Made by a program: the position numbers and the translations under genes
The notes under the pieces: generated by a model
Seen by the model: the letters and a program-made list of their open reading frames with translations, nothing else
Told to the model about the DNA's origin: nothing
Database searches by the model: none
Shown here: positions 13,761 through 29,650 of the stretch, one piece after another
Numbering within the stretch: the stretch's first letter is position 1
Layout: every line of letters begins with the position of its first letter
Assembly: GCA_951406725.2 (NCBI GenBank)
Contig: OX597816.1
Span: forward strand, 18,848,001-18,912,000
Length of the DNA stretch: 64,000 nt
Source: Octopus vulgaris
Lineage: Eukaryota
Reading direction: 5' to 3'

Positions 13761-13981
13761 TACTCTCTCTTTTACACTTTTACTTGTTTCAGTCATTTGA
13801 CTGCGGCCATGCTGGAGCACCGCCTTTAGCCGAGCAAATCGATCCCGGGACTTATTCTTTGTAAGCCCAGTACTTATTCTATCGGTCTCTTTTGCCGAAC
13901 CGCTAAGTGACGGGGACGTAAACACACCAGCATCGGTTGTCAAGCAATGCTAGAAGGACAAACACACACACACAAACATAT

Positions 13982-14026
<45 letters not shown>

Positions 14027-14168
14027 TATACGACAGGCTTCTTTTCAGTTTCCGTCTACCAAATCCACTCACAAGGCTTTGGTCGGCCCGAGGCTATAGC
14101 AGAAGACACCTGCCCAAGATGCCACGCAGTGGGACTGAACCCGGAACCACACAGCCACTCCTGCGCCT
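13761..14168 (-). mobile_element. SINE family A
   Basis: Near full-length match to 1791-2179 with a small deletion in the head. Confidence 0.9.
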
Positions 14169-14171
14169 ATA

Positions 14172-14218
<47 letters not shown>

Positions 14219-15189
14219 ATGTATATATGTATATATATATTCAGAGATAGAGAAACAAATTTAATTTTGATGTCATTCAACACTAATAATTTCAGTCGTA
14301 GGACATTTTAAAAATTAATTTGACCGTTATTTGTAATTAATACGCTTTGCTTCGGTGTTATGTAAGCTCCATGTTCTGTAGAAATGGCATTATCCAATAC
14401 TGAAGGGTATATATGATACTCTTACATAGAGCTAATGAGTTAAAAAAGTTAGATTTTCACAAAATTGTCAAATTATTAACGGGGCGAAACTGAAATTATG
14501 AGACGAGTGATAAGTTGTCGTAGAAACTTTCTGAAATGTAGTGTAACCAGAATTGAGCATATTGGTGATATCCATACTTCTTAGAGTAAACTAAACAACA
14601 GAAACAGAACTGATGCCAGGAAATTGTCGGTGCGTGTAAGCAGTGAATTTGTCACTCTGGGTGCAACGAATTACGTTTGAGAATTAATTGGCATCCATCT
14701 ACCACAGAGTTCTCATAATTCACAAAGAGGTTTTCTATGTCCTTATTAGTGGTTTTGAAAGTGCTTTGAGGTAAAACCATGCTGATTCGTATTTGGACGG
14801 AAGATTACTATATTACTTTTCAAAAGTGCCCAACGATTTTATTATGTTGATATATTTGCAAACAGAGTTCGTACTAGGGATTCTGTTTGACATTAAATAG
14901 GATCTTTCATGAATTATGTCGCCAGGAAATAGAAAGTTTGAATTTTAAGATATAAAAGCAGAAAACATAAATGCTTTGCGAGTTCGGAATTTCGGCGAAT
15001 TAATTGTTTTCTTAAACGGGACACTGAATAAGAAATTCGACTTACAACTGAGTAATTGGCAGGTATTTGTTGAGAATATGCTATTGTAAACATACCGTCA
15101 CAAATATCAAAGTCATGATAGCAAATACAGCAGTAACTGAAACAACAATGCTAATGACGAGAGACAAGATGGTTCATGATGGATAGATA

Positions 15190-15570
15190 TTGGGTTGTCC
15201 GGAAAGTTCGTGCCGATTTATAGTAGGTTCTTATTTTAGAACATGATTGTGTCCATAAAATATGATTTGATTACACCTCACTTTAAAGCAGAGTTTGAGC
15301 TATCTTTTCGTGGAAGAAGGTTTATGTTCGTATAAACTGCATTAATTCGGTAACCCTTTAAAATGGAAGATAAGACAGTTCATTTTCGGCACTTGATGTT
15401 TTTGGAACCAGACAAAAATTGCTGCATATCGGCTGTGATGTGCTACCCCACCCTCCATATTCACCAGATAGTGCTCCTGCGGAATTCCACTTATTCAGGT
15501 TTTTGCAGAATAGTCTTAATGGTAAAACTTTCAATTCCTTGGATGACGTAAAAAGATACCTTGATGAATT
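15190..15570 (+). mobile_element. Internally deleted mariner remnant
   Basis: TA followed by TIR-like TTGGGTTGTCCGGAAAGTTCGTGCCGATTT; MEDKTVHFRHLM start joined to LPHPPYSPDSAPAEFHLFRFLQNSLNGK; cut off by (TA)n. Confidence 0.8.
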
Positions 15571-16131
15571 ATATATATATATATAGTAAGTGTAGGTGGT
15601 ATACGAGTGGCTATATATTTATAAAAAAGAAGTTTGATAACGCCTCTATATAAGATACATTTTAATTTTCTGAGAAATTTTACATGTTCCGGTTCTTCTT
15701 GAAAAAAACAAGCTTATCAAAAATAGTTTTAAAAGTTAAGTGTAATAAAAAAAGTTCATAATTTTTTCTTACTAGTCTCAACAGAGTCCACGTGGTGGTT
15801 TGTTTGTGCCGTGGAGCATAATAGCTGTCTTGTGTGTTGTCTTGATTCGTTGGCTGAGTTTTCTACAAAACGATAAGATACATTGCAGAAGAGTTATTTT
15901 AATGAGTTGTATTTATTTATCACCCGACGTGATACATCTGCACCGCCGGCTGTTTCTGAGCAGTGTCCAACCCACGAGGAATCGATATTGGACGTTTCGA
16001 AATAACTGTCGTTATTGATAATGAATTCTTGTATATACTAACATCTGTCTTTGATTTGCCTTGTTTATATGAAGTATTTAAATTGAACTGAATGTATAAT
16101 TGTTCAATTTATTTTGTTTTGTGTTTCCAAT

Positions 16132-16195
<64 letters not shown>

Positions 16196-16280
16196 GCACA
16201 TACACGCACACACACACACACACGCACACACGCACACACACACGCACACACACTCACACACACACACAGACACACACACG

Positions 16281-16316
<36 letters not shown>

Positions 16317-19217
16317 CATATACACACACACATATATATATATACACAATAGGACAGGAAAGCAAATTGACCAGACAGTTAGGTGATACAGGAAAGGGCC
16401 CACAAAACATCGGAGTTTTCTTTCCTCATCGAGTTCCAGATTATCTTTGCAATTTCCGCTCCAATATATATATATAGCAAATGTGCTGTCTAGACGCTTT
16501 TGATTGGCGTGCATTCGTAAGTTTTGGAGATTGATCTCTGACCCGGTAAATGTTTTTGAGTAACCATGTTTATATCACATTGTCTAATCGAGTCCAATTC
16601 AAATGAATTTTACCCTCATCTTTACGTAGCTCTTTCTCACGCTACTCGTCACATCGTTGATCTTCGTTTGGGTCATGTGTAAAATGTTAGAGAATGCGTC
16701 TAAATCTACTCTCGATTACATACATATTTACAGAAAATTGTAAATTTACAGTACAAACTACCATGTAATAAAAGAATTGAAGGCTTAAATTTTTATGCGT
16801 TGTCCGCCATAACAACGTGAGTAATTAGAATGTAACATCGGACGAATATTGACGTTGAAAATGCATCCCAGTGTTTAAATTCAACACTCGTGTCAACTAT
16901 ATTAAAAGTTAAATAAATATACGTATTCTCACAGCGACGAATATTAATTCTTTGACTCGCTGTCAAATGCACTTTTAGGAAAATTAGATTATGACACATT
17001 GTCTCCTGCGGATTTTTAAGAATATTTCCCATGTCTCTGGAATGGAATAAATTTGCAGAAAGACAGTGATAATACTTTATGTTCAAATCTCGTCTTTATA
17101 TGATTCAATCAACTTTTATCAACGAAATACAAAACCATGTTTTTCCTGCTCAATTGAAATAATGTACAAGAACATATTGAAACTGTTATTATGCGAACAA
17201 ACTCAAGAAACATGCTATCCTATAGACCGATATGAAATCAATACAGGCTGAAAAAGCGCTAACAAAATGTATAATATATAACTCAAATACAAATTATGGG
17301 ATATCTCACGAAAAATCTTATACTAGCACGTACATAGTCATACAAGTGAGCATACACACATGCACAGAAACATACACACGCATAACTTTTCTGTGTTAGT
17401 ATGCGTGCACATGTGATTGCTCGAGTTCTGAGGTTGCCGAGGAAGTTAAAAATGAAAGCGCATATATATCAGATAAAAACAAGCTTTGGAGCATATGTTG
17501 ATAGAAATCGACCTAATAATACACGTCTGCATATTTACATAATGCTGTCTTCTTTGTTTTAGTTATGTTGTCATTGATGTACAAGGATAACAAATATATA
17601 TTTCTGTTTTTGTTGTTTGTTATATGCAAAACTTATTACACTGTATAGATTACACTGAGGAAAAAGTAGTCTGCGATTTGGTAGATGTGCTTTTATCTTT
17701 ATCACAGAAATTGATGCAAACATCATGTTATCATAACTGGCATGTTCAGAGTTAGCAAAAATAATGGAAAGCATTATAGAAATTTTGAGAATTTAGTGTA
17801 TAATAACTATTTACAGTAGGTATGAAATTATATCATAAACGGAAGAATTGTCTAGACGATGAATTTTTCGTCATTTATGTAATTAATTAACGACAAGAAT
17901 TAACTCGTAATTCATCTCGTTTTTCTCTTTTCTGTCATTGTTGATTAATGATAATTGAATATTATTGTATGTATATATGTATGTTACATTATGTATGTAT
18001 GTGTGTATGTAAGTGTATATGTGTATATATGTATATATATGTAAGTATATATGTGTATATATGTATATATATGTAAGTAAGTATATATGTATATGTATGT
18101 ATATATATGTAAGTATATATGTGTATATATGTATATGCGTTTATACAATATATATGTATATATGTTTGGATTATATAATGCATTGTCATTATTGTACAAC
18201 ACTATATGCTGTATGAACGAGTCATCAATTATTCATTGAATAAAATGTATCAAAGTTTCTATTACATTCAGAATGGTATTCAATTCTTATTAATTACAAA
18301 GAAATTACTTAATTATATGATACTGTAGGTATTGATATTGGTTTTTTAATGGACATTTGTTTAGTAGTGATAATTAGTTAAATGATATTCACATCTTTTA
18401 ATTTAAAAATTTCTTTGCCTGCCCTTTTAATACATACACACAGATGTGTATAAATAAACATATGCACTCAAACGAAATATGCATACACACTTGCATGCAT
18501 ACACATGTGCATACACACACAGAGAGTTATTGTGATGTACGACATGCTGCAGAATTCTTTTTGCTCTTTTCAATTTACTTTTATCTTCAGCTTTCGTGAG
18601 ACATTTATAATCGATAAATTTTCTTAGCTTTCGTAAGACATTTATAATCGATAAATTTTCTCAACACTCTTACACTTTATTTCCTTTTGCTTTTTCCTTA
18701 ATTTTCTTGGAAAAGTTTAAGCCTTCTTCTAGTTGTTGTCTGTGATGTTGTTACATAAATTTCTTTGAGAATATCTACAATTTTTATCAGGTTGTTTATA
18801 TCAGTATTCCAAACATGACTGTAATTTCAAATTCCCTTCTGGGATAGGCTGTTTGGTTACGTCTATGATAAATTTATCATTCACTCACTTATAAGTACTG
18901 CATTGTATAATTGGTGGGATTTATACAGTTTATTCTGATTCTTGCTGAAAGACATTCTATCGAGGTCTTCCGATATTTGTAAGATTGTCATTGTTTTAAT
19001 CACAAAAATAAAAAAAATAAAAGTAATGCAATTACAGAATTTATTTTCTAATCGGAAGCGACAATAATGAGATACATTGTTTAATTAGCTTCACGTTCCA
19101 TAAACTGTTCATTTGTAACTGTAACATTTACATATTTTTTATCGCACTTGTATTATCTTTACACTGATTATTCATGGGGGTCTTATTTTGTTCAAATTAC
19201 TCAGGAATGCCACAGTT

Positions 19218-19355
19218 TAAGGCGTTGCTGTGTTGTAAGAGAGTTGCTTCCTAACTACATGGTTCCATATTCAGTCGCATTGCGTGGCACCTTGGGTAAG
19301 TGTTTTCTACTCAAGCCTTGTAGATTTGGTTGCCGGAAACTGGATAAAGCATGTC

Positions 19356-19411
<56 letters not shown>

Positions 19412-19640
19412 CTGTGTTCATGTGTGTGTGCGGATGGTGGTGTGTATGTCTTTGCGTGAGTGTTTCCCCCACCAACACTAAGCAACCAGTGTTGGCATGT
19501 TTGCGTCTCTGTGATCAGAGATAAAAAGTACCAGGCTAAGCAAAAAAATGCAGGACTCGGTTCACTTGACTAAGCCCACTTCAAGGCGGTGCCCCATCAC
19601 GGCAACAATCTGATAACTGAAACAAGTAAATGATAAAAGA
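19218..19640 (+). mobile_element. SINE family A, diverged
   Basis: gcgtggcaccttgggtaagtg ... aaggcggtgcccca ... actgaaacaagtaaa. Confidence 0.75.
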
Positions 19641-19688
19641 TACATACATATATACATACTCACATACATACATATATATATGTGTGCA

Positions 19689-19730
<42 letters not shown>

Positions 19731-19793
19731 CATATATATATACATATATATATATATGTGTATATACACACACGCACACATACACACACACAA

Positions 19794-19827
<34 letters not shown>

Positions 19828-20774
19828 GGAAGGATAAATGGATGGATATACGGTGGGATTACACACAGTGTCCAATTTCCATCAAAATACATTGATCGGC
19901 TCTAGGTACAGCAGAAAAAATTCCCAGTTAGCTGCGTAGTATGAGCAAGCTCGAAACGACCGAATTTCTTTTTATCACACACCCATTACTTTGCCCGTAT
20001 GCAATAATTTTCCTTGGATTGTTGATATATGTGCTGGCAGAGTCAATCAGATTTCTTTAATAATTGTGTATTAAAAGATCGGCTTATGAAGAAGCTAAGT
20101 AGCTTCTCCGTTGATAGATTCGATATAATTCTTTGTGGTACAAATATGCATATAAACGTATTTATTCTTATCTTGTATATATATTTCATGAATAATTGTT
20201 ATATGTATCACTGGGGAGATTTCGACCTATGACAGCTTTTGTATGGTATTTTGAGTTTACAAAGCGTGTTGGCCATTGGTTATTTTTGTATTACAGATTA
20301 AATAAAGGGCAGCTATGCCCCACATATTCACTATATGGCTCCAGACCTAAAAAGAGTGAAGACGGCGGAATAACCATATTTTATTTAATGTGACACATTG
20401 ATGTTTCCTGTTGACTATTGAAATGTGTGTAGGTATAAGTGATGCCGGTTATATTTCAAACTGGAATGTTCCTGCCTTCCGGCACAATTTTTTCTTGTGG
20501 CAATTGCATAAGAACGATTCTGTGTTCATCGCACACTCTAATTTTTAGGGTAAGGGACTGTGCAGTAATCGGTGTTTCGACCTCGTTATGTCTCCCCAGT
20601 AAACGCTTCACTAGACTAATGAATCTAACGACAGTTTTCCGCTCCGTTTTTATAATTTTAGCAAATACTTTGATGATGCAAACAGATATTTCTCAACAGA
20701 CAATAAATTGTCAGACAACAGATTCGAACGTGTTATTACTTAGCATACATAATCTTATATATATATCCGGGATC

Positions 20775-21069
20775 TGGGATCCCCTTCGGTCACGACACTG
20801 ACCATGGGATTGCACCTAGAAAGTTACCCTCCTAGTCACAAGTCTGGGCATGGTTGTTTATGGAAGACCAGCAGTCGCCCATGCATACCGGCTCCCCTCT
20901 CCACGCCGCCAGTGTTATCCAAGGGAAAGGCAAAGGCCGATACAGCTTGGCACTCGTGACGTCGCAACTCATTTCTACAGCTGAGTGAACTGGAGCAACG
21001 TGAAATAAAGTGTCTTGCTCAAGAACACAACACGCAGCCCGGTCCGGGATTCGAGCTCACAACCTCACG

Positions 21070-21070
<1 letters not shown>
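20775..21070 (-). mobile_element. SINE family D (5'-clipped tRNA head, CORE/V-like domain)
   Basis: Minus strand GCTCGAATCCC B-box-like, TGTGTTCTTGAGCAAGACACTTTATTTCACG, tail GTCGTGACCGAAGGGGATC; relic at ~54630-54720. Confidence 0.7.
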
Positions 21071-21129
<59 letters not shown>

Positions 21130-21300
21130 GGGGAGAATTCACAAAAAAAGCAAAAAGACGAAGATTGGTGGTGTAGACAACAAACAGATGTATAACGCAC
21201 GGGAAGTGAAGAAGTCGTTAACATTTCGAGTCCAAGCTCTTTTCGAGAAAGAAAATGGAGAGAAAATAAGAATGAGGCTCTCTAAATGCAATGTGTAGAA
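21130..21300 (-). mobile_element. Diverged copy of the 9296-9498 family
   Basis: Reverse complement shares atacatctg..caccacc..tcttcgtcttt..tctccc and a decayed hammerhead at 21215-21251; borders (TA)n. Confidence 0.6.
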
Positions 21301-23356
21301 TTGTAAGTGGTCAGGGGTTTTGTATATACCCCAGTTATATATAAATCTGTGTGATAGTTTCATAAGGGGGATTAATTATTGTGTCCTACGTTTAGATTGT
21401 TAGTTGTAAAAATTTAACATGTCAAGCATTAGAAAGTCTTTGTGTATGAAGTGTTGTGCATGCGGCGCTTCTCAATGTTCCTCAATCGATATAATCTTTT
21501 AAACGGCATTCTTTTAAAATAATACTCTTACTAATAATATTTTGACTGTGTGTATGCGTGTTCTTAAATCAACGATTCTATTGATCTATACTGAAAATCG
21601 TTCACTATTCCACCTTTGCTTCCCGATAACTATAAGACACTAATAAACAATTTCGCGTGTTAATATAATAGATAATGATAGATATTTCGGAATATTCATT
21701 CTGCATATAGGCTATAAACATTTGCCGATTTTTTGTTCTGCAGTGAGCGGGTTTATACGTTTTCTCATACCTGTTTTGCTTTATTTGACCCTAAATATAG
21801 CAGTATTGGTTTTAAAAGCGACTTCAAATAAATATTCTTGCAAACCTAATTCTAAATAGAAAGGTTAATATATGAGAGCAATTTGCATCATATTTTTGGC
21901 AATTCTTCTACCAAGCTGTATTTCTCTCTGTCGCTATTTTTTGTTAATATTTTGTTGCCCTAAATCGGCTTCGCTTGACTAAGCGTATTATGAAAAACTA
22001 TCCAGCCGTGATCATATATATTTTTTCATATGCATAATAAACCTCAACTACATTATACGATGTGATCTATTTTTAAGGTTATCGGATATAAGGTGAATTT
22101 GGATCTCTCTTTGTGTTCTATGTCTATTAGTATAAACTTCGTCTGTGCTGCTATGATGTTATTATTAATTTCTAGTGTGCTAAATATGTACGGTTTAGTT
22201 ATGACTATATACATGTACAGTGTTATATTTGCAGTTAACTACGGGTTGCAGCAGCGACAAACATTTAGTCTTCATTTCTCTGAAGGGTTTTTAATATTAT
22301 ATTTAGTTTTCTTTCATCGCGTTATGCTATGTGTAGCTTCTGAGGATATCGATTCATAATATTGTACTTTATGATTTTTTTCTTATAAGGATAGGAGCTA
22401 TATTCCTGTCAGCGCAACTGGAGATGTATCAAATATATTTGTTGTACAAGGTTGATGGTATTTTCCTCTGTCATACTCAAACATATTTTCTAAACCTAAT
22501 CACATGGTCATTTTCAGTCAATCAAAATATATCTAAAAGTGATACGAATTATAGGTATGTTCTCTCTATAAAAACAAGAGAATTTTGGAACTCAAATCAA
22601 AAGAAAAAGTATTACAGAATAGCTTGATGTCTTTTAATCTAACCTTTTGAAATCAAAAGGATCTGTGAAAAAGCTCTTTAAAAATGTAAAAATAACAACA
22701 TTCTCTTGTATATCAATTTTTTTTTATAAATCTCATGTAACTAATTTGAGAATTAGCTACCTGAGATTTTCCATTCACTTATATGATCATGATACCTACT
22801 ATTATACCTCTTTCGACGACTTCGGTTTTACATTCTAGTAGTGTTTACTCTGTTGTTGTCGTTATCACTTTAGCTCCACATCAAACCAGAATACAGAATT
22901 GTAGATTGATAGGTGATTAACCAAAGAATATTCAAACCAAAGGGGACACAGCAGCACATTATCTAGTGCGTCTTTGACCCTTGTTCGATCGTGATGCAAG
23001 GTGGTCATGCAGCATGGTACACGATTTCCTGATTGGTCTAATATTGTGTTTCGACATAACAAACCAAAATATTAGGACAGCTACATAAATGGCGATTTCT
23101 CTAAATGCACATGCTAAAGTAGCGATGTTGAAAAAGGATTAAGAAAAGTAACTCCTGATGTTGTGCCAGCTTTCCTTTGATGTAATAATTAAAAGAAGAA
23201 GCATGGTTGATAATAAAGTTGTTACCGATAAAATGTATTGCCATCACGTGTTACCAAATTATCTTTTGTATTTAAGCATCCAAATGCCCTTGGATCATCT
23301 ATTGCAGTGCTCTAAATAACCATAATGGTGAAACGGGCGTAGGAACTTATACATAT

Positions 23357-23764
23357 TACTCTTTACTCTTTTACTTGTTTCTGTCATTTGACTGCGGCCA
23401 TGCTGGAGCACCGCCTTTAGTCGAGCAAATCGACCCCAGGACTTATTCTTTGTAAGCCCAGTACTTATTATATCGGTCTCTTTTGCCGAACCGCTAGGTG
23501 ACGGGGACGTAAATACACCAGCATCGGTTGTCAAGCAATGCTGGGGGGGACAAACACACACAGACACACACACACACACCTACACATATATACATATATA
23601 CGACAGGCTTCTTTCAGTTTCCGTCTACCAAATCGACTCACAAGGCATTGGTCGGCCCGGAGCTATAGCAGAAGACACTTGCCCAAGATGCCACGCAGTG
23701 GGACTGAACCCGGAACCATGTGGTTGATTAGCAAGCTACTTAACACACAGCCACTCCTGCGCCT
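23357..23764 (-). mobile_element. SINE family A
   Basis: Full-length match to 1791-2179. Confidence 0.9.
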
Positions 23765-24654
23765 ATACTATATAATAGTTTTTAATCCTAATTTCTCCTA
23801 TATACATCTAAATACACACATACACACACCGATACATTTTCTTTTGTCATCAAATAAAAAATTATGAGACGTAAGCAATCGTAAATTTAAAGATATAGCC
23901 AGTGGCCTAAACTGGAACACAGTTCCGAAGTCTCATGCCCGTACACGAAATTGTAAACACACATATTCATACAATTAACTTAAATAAACACTTACTATTG
24001 AAAACCAAAAATGACAGGCTCACATACGCCCCCACATTCTATCGCCACCATACATGTAAACTCATACATTCACCTACTCACTGAAATGATAATATCAACT
24101 GCAGTAACAGAAATTTTCAGCCACAGCGGAAGTCTAGTAGTGCGAAATGATGTCATTCATGGAGTGTGAAATAGTAACAAAACATTTCTGACATTCCAAA
24201 TCATTGATGGGTTGCTCAACGGACTATTAACCTTCAACTGTACTCGTTTGAACTTGAAGATGCATAAAATGGTTAATGAATAACTTGTTTCAATAATTAA
24301 TGGATTAATTGATAAATTAATTGATCGGTTATGAATATAAATCAATGTAGAGGGAAATGAAATCGTTCTTATACTTCTAACAGTCGGAACCGATCGTGAC
24401 TTTGAAGTCAACATGTTCAAGTTTTAGCGTCTCTCTCTCTCTTCCTTCTTCCTCTCATTTTATCTCTCTCTAAGTGTGTATGTGTGTGTGTGTGTGCGTA
24501 CATGGACGTAAACAAAACTGATTGCGTGAGAAATTGTAACTGTATCCTTTACTAAGCATAAATAAGGCGAAAAGGAACAGACTAGAAAAATATATAGCAC
24601 GTGGATAAATGTGAAGTAAATATTCTTCAGCAATCTTACTAACGCCATAAGAAC

Positions 24655-24890
24655 TTACTACTACTACTATGGCAATCCCTCAAGGTCGAGGATGATAGTC
24701 TTCGTACAAATTTATTGGTGAGTCCGCAGGTGACTGATAAGACCAATTCTTGCTCGAAAATATCGGTCACAGCGCGGACATCTAGTGCCGGAAGGGAGAG
24801 TCGCACGTGGTTGTTGTTGGCGCTCCTTCCGTCGTCGTCTTTTCTCCACACCTTACAATGACATTTCTTTCGTACTACGAAACGCAATAG
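24655..24890 (-). mobile_element. RTE-clade LINE 3' fragment
   Basis: Minus strand EKRRRRKERQQQ...CPRCDRYFRARIGLISHLRTHQ*, then ATCATCCTCGACCTTGAGGGATTGCCA and (TAG)n tail. Confidence 0.85.
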
Positions 24891-25227
24891 AGCTATATAT
24901 GTGTTAACTCATAACACATAGGTTTCCACATTATTTAATGAAGGCCATCATCCCGCAGTTATCACTCTTTCCTTTCTTTTCATGTATTTTCTGTTGCACA
25001 GTTGCATTATCATCGTAATGGAATAATTTGTTGATTTTTCTAAAACATTATGCTTCATTCAATTTAGTCATAAATAGATTTATATGATTGATATTTGTTC
25101 TATTTCTCTCACCAATCCATAGTGCCTTTTCTTAGTCGTGTTGTTTCACGATCCGAATCGTTAAAATGTATATTTTTTGCTGCTTTTAGTCGTGTATATT
25201 GTTCATAATCAATGCGTGAATGTATAC

Positions 25228-25274
<47 letters not shown>

Positions 25275-25395
25275 TATAATGTATATATGTGTATTTGTGT
25301 GTATGTGTTTATACATACGTATATATATATAAATATGTATACATATATATAATGTATATATGGGTATTTGTGTGTATGTGTATATACATACGTAC

Positions 25396-25427
<32 letters not shown>

Positions 25428-26718
25428 GGATGTATCTATGTATATCTATGTGTGAAAGCATGCAGCTATATTCGCCTTAACATTTAAATATGCCAGGTTA
25501 TATGAAGGAACATAGAAGTATAAGAATTCGAAATGAATGATTACTAAATGCCCAAATATTTATATATCAGAGACGAAATGCAGTTTTGTTTAGAATTGTA
25601 AACAAAAGTCCGACGAAAGAGAATGTGAAACTCTGAGTAACAGTTTTTGTGACATTTCCGCTGCTTTTCAGTAAATTACATATATATATATATATATATA
25701 TATTTGTCTTGTCTGCAGTGAAATAAAAATGACTATATAAAATATTATGGTCGTATGCATTACTAGTAATATATTTTTCTATGAATGACTTCTTAAATTT
25801 TCTCCAACTACATGTCAAACTCATTAAATAAACTAAAACAGAATATTAACCAATACCATTTAAAAACTATTGCAGAAATATGTCTTCGAACATGTGATCA
25901 AATTCTTTCCAGATTTTCTACTATATTATTTCTTTCTTTCTTTTTTATTTTTCGTTTTGTCAGAAATGCTTCTAGGTTTATATCGAATTCAATGTGCGAA
26001 CAAAATCCAATCTTTCTTCAGAAATTGTTGAAGTTGCTAATTAATCAGTGTCCACGAACTGCCTTCAGTTTGGGAGAAATTTCTACTGCCTAAAGCTACA
26101 AACAAACTGAATTAACTTGAACAAGCTTTTAGCAATTACACACGTCTTCTTCATTTGCATTATGCCTCCATTAACAACCAATGTCTCAAATATTGAGAAC
26201 TGGGCAGATTGCTTGGTATTGTATTGTACATATGACTATAATTTTATGCAATCAGAATATCAGCAGAAATATCCATACAAATTTTTGAAAAATACTTCAT
26301 GGCACACTGAAATCTATATACAGTTCGCGATCAATGTATATCATGTGATAAGGAATAATATAACGTCACGAGCAGATCCTTTATCTTTCATAATAGAGGA
26401 ATTTAGACTGAGGCATAGTCTACTCTCTCATACAAATGAACATTCAAAGTAGGAATCATAAGTGTGTTCTAAAAACTGAAGATAATGAATGAAACCAGCA
26501 TCTGGCTGTCACAGCAGTGTGTGTACCGTTAAGTGATATGGAATACATAAGGAAGGGGTTTCGGATACAAGTAGCCGCAGACAGTTAATTGTATTTTAGA
26601 AAAGAGAATGTTATGCAGAATACATAGATTAAAGCAAAGAAGATATGGAGTACACCAAATATTTTCAAAATGATAACTATTCAATCGCAAAAAGCCACAG
26701 GGACACATGCACAAAAAG

Positions 26719-26835
<117 letters not shown>

Positions 26836-26956
26836 TATATATATAGATATATAGATATATATATATACGGATATATGCATACATATATATATGTAGTTAA
26901 CTGTGTATCTCTCTCTCTCTCTCCCTCTCTCTCTATATATATATATATATATTTAT

Positions 26957-27380
26957 AGGTACAGGAGTGTCTGTAGTAAGTAGCTTTTTTTAAAATGAAG
27001 TAGCTTGCTTACCAAACACATGGTTCCGGGTTTATTCCGACTGCGTGGCACCTTGGGAAAGTGTCTTCTACTATAGCCTCGGGTCGACCAAAGCCTTGTG
27101 AGTGGATTTGATACACGGAAACGGAAGAAAGTCCGTTGTATATATGTGTATATATATATATCAGTATGTTTGTGTATATGTTTGTGTGTCTGTGCTTGTC
27201 CCCCCACCATCGCTTGACAACAGATAGTGGAGTGTTTACGTTCCTATAACTTAACGGTTCGGCAAATAGGACCGATATAATTAGTTCTAGGCTTAGAAAG
27301 AATATGTCTTGGGTTCGATTTGTTCGAATGGATGCGATGCTCCGGCATGGCCGTAGTCAAATGACTGAAACAAGTAAAGC
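26957..27380 (+). mobile_element. SINE family A
   Basis: Full-length, moderately diverged. Confidence 0.85.
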
Positions 27381-27408
27381 GTACAGAGTATATATATGTG
27401 TATATATA

Positions 27409-27484
<76 letters not shown>

Positions 27485-28316
27485 TATATATATATATATA
27501 TATGTTCATGTAATTTGTATTTTGTTTTTGTTTATTCTTATTTTGTTCATGTGTTTACATCCACTTATTATTATCATTACATATGCTTTTATGTATGTAT
27601 GTATAACAACAATACTAGTAATAATAATAATAAATCGAATCGAAAAAATATATATATATAGTTATTTATTTCTATTAGTTTATTTATCTGTGTATTTATT
27701 ATGTTTTCAGAATCCTCTATCGTCATATGTTGTGGTGTGTGTTAGCGCTCCATTCTAGCACTATATAAATGCGCATAGATTTGTAAATTGGCATAGATAT
27801 AAGTATAAATCAATGAAATTATAGACAAACACCAAGACATACATAGTACATTACTTTTATTTAGAACTAATTTCCATTTAGTAACTATCATGATTACACA
27901 CACATGAACACGGGCACAGGGATATCTTATATAGTCAATCATTAATAATCTTCTGCTTTAGAGTTATTTAATTCGAAAGACTACACAATTCCTTAGAACG
28001 ATATGGAGAAAATACTTAATTAAACTTTGTCGAAAAATAACGGCTATGAAGTTAAACCCAACATCAATTTTTTACGGACTTGAAAAATGTATGTTGGTAA
28101 GAAGAAAGAAAAAGCGAATTAAACCAACCGCTGTTTTTATAACAATAACAAATCTGTAGTGTCGTCTGCTGAACATACTCATATTTCTAACAAGAAAATT
28201 ACATATAAATAAATAAATAAATAAATAAATATATAAATACATATATATATATATGTATATATATAAATCTTTATTCTATATATATATATATATGCATACA
28301 TATACATATATATATG

Positions 28317-28361
<45 letters not shown>

Positions 28362-28543
28362 GTATATATGTATGTATGTATGTGTGTGTGTATGTATACA
28401 CACGTACAAATATGCATATGCACAGAGAAAGAGAGACAAATCTACAGATATAGATATACATACATATATACATATATATATATATGCATATATATATATA
28501 TATTTATATATACATATACATATATATGCACATATATTTATGA

Positions 28544-28612
<69 letters not shown>

Positions 28613-28632
28613 TATATATGCACATATATTTA

Positions 28633-28678
<46 letters not shown>

Positions 28679-29274
28679 AATTTATGTCTATGCGTGTATG
28701 AGTGCGCATGATTTAGTGTCAAAAAAGTAATAACATCACTGTAAAAGAAAAACATATTATCAAAACTTCATTTTTTTTTTTTTGTATTTTTTGTTTTCTG
28801 GTTTCTGTATCTTCATGTAAAGAATTTTGGTAAAATAATATAAAATGTAGTCGATGCAGAGAAAAAATTCAATAACCGAAAATATCATAGCGTCGGTGTC
28901 ACCTACTTTGCTGTTACACGAATTGTCTTCTGTTACTCCCTGTTTGGCGGTGTCGTTGTTGTTTGTGGTTATGTCGTTGTAGCGTCGAATTCTATTTACT
29001 TACTGTGCCCTACCCACACACACTCTCTCACTCTGGTCGATCAGATTACAAATGTTTAGCAGGAAGTTTTCCTCATGTTCTTGTTATGAGATATATGTAT
29101 AGATACCAATACATGAGCCAGACATGATCGCATATGTGTACGTTTGTGTGCGCCTATGTGTGTGTTTGCGAGCTTTTATTTGTATGTGTGTTTGTACGTG
29201 TGTGCGTGAATGTGTACGTGAATGTACGGAATTGTGTGTTTGTTTGTGTGTGCGTGTCTGTCGGAGAGTACCTT

Positions 29275-29650
29275 TTGTACTTGTTGCAGTAATTGGGCCG
29301 TCATAAAGCTAGGGCCCTTCTTTGGAAGATTTTACTCGTACCGTTCGAAAGTTCGAAAACATGATACTTATCTGATCGAGTTCCGTTACCGAACCGTTAA
29401 GTTACGTGGACGTAAACAAACCGATGCTGGTCATGAACAGATGTTGGGGGAGGCAAGCATAAAAAAAAAGCACAGACATAAAGGTCCTCATACATACACA
29501 CACCAATATACACAACGGGCTTCTTTCAGTTACTGTCTACAATTTGCACTCACAAATCATTAATCGTTATAGTTCCATCGCTAGAAGAGATTGCGGAAAT
29601 GTACCACGTAGTGGGATTGAACACTCGACCATAAGATTGAGAATCCTACT
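29275..29650 (-). mobile_element. SINE family A, old copy
   Basis: ccgaaccgttaagttacg, cgggcttctttcagtt, ccacgtagtggga. Confidence 0.65.

Noticed and set aside
16390-16440. Minus-strand CTCGATGAGGA..TCCGA as a hammerhead
   Set aside because: No GAAA and no convincing stems I or III.
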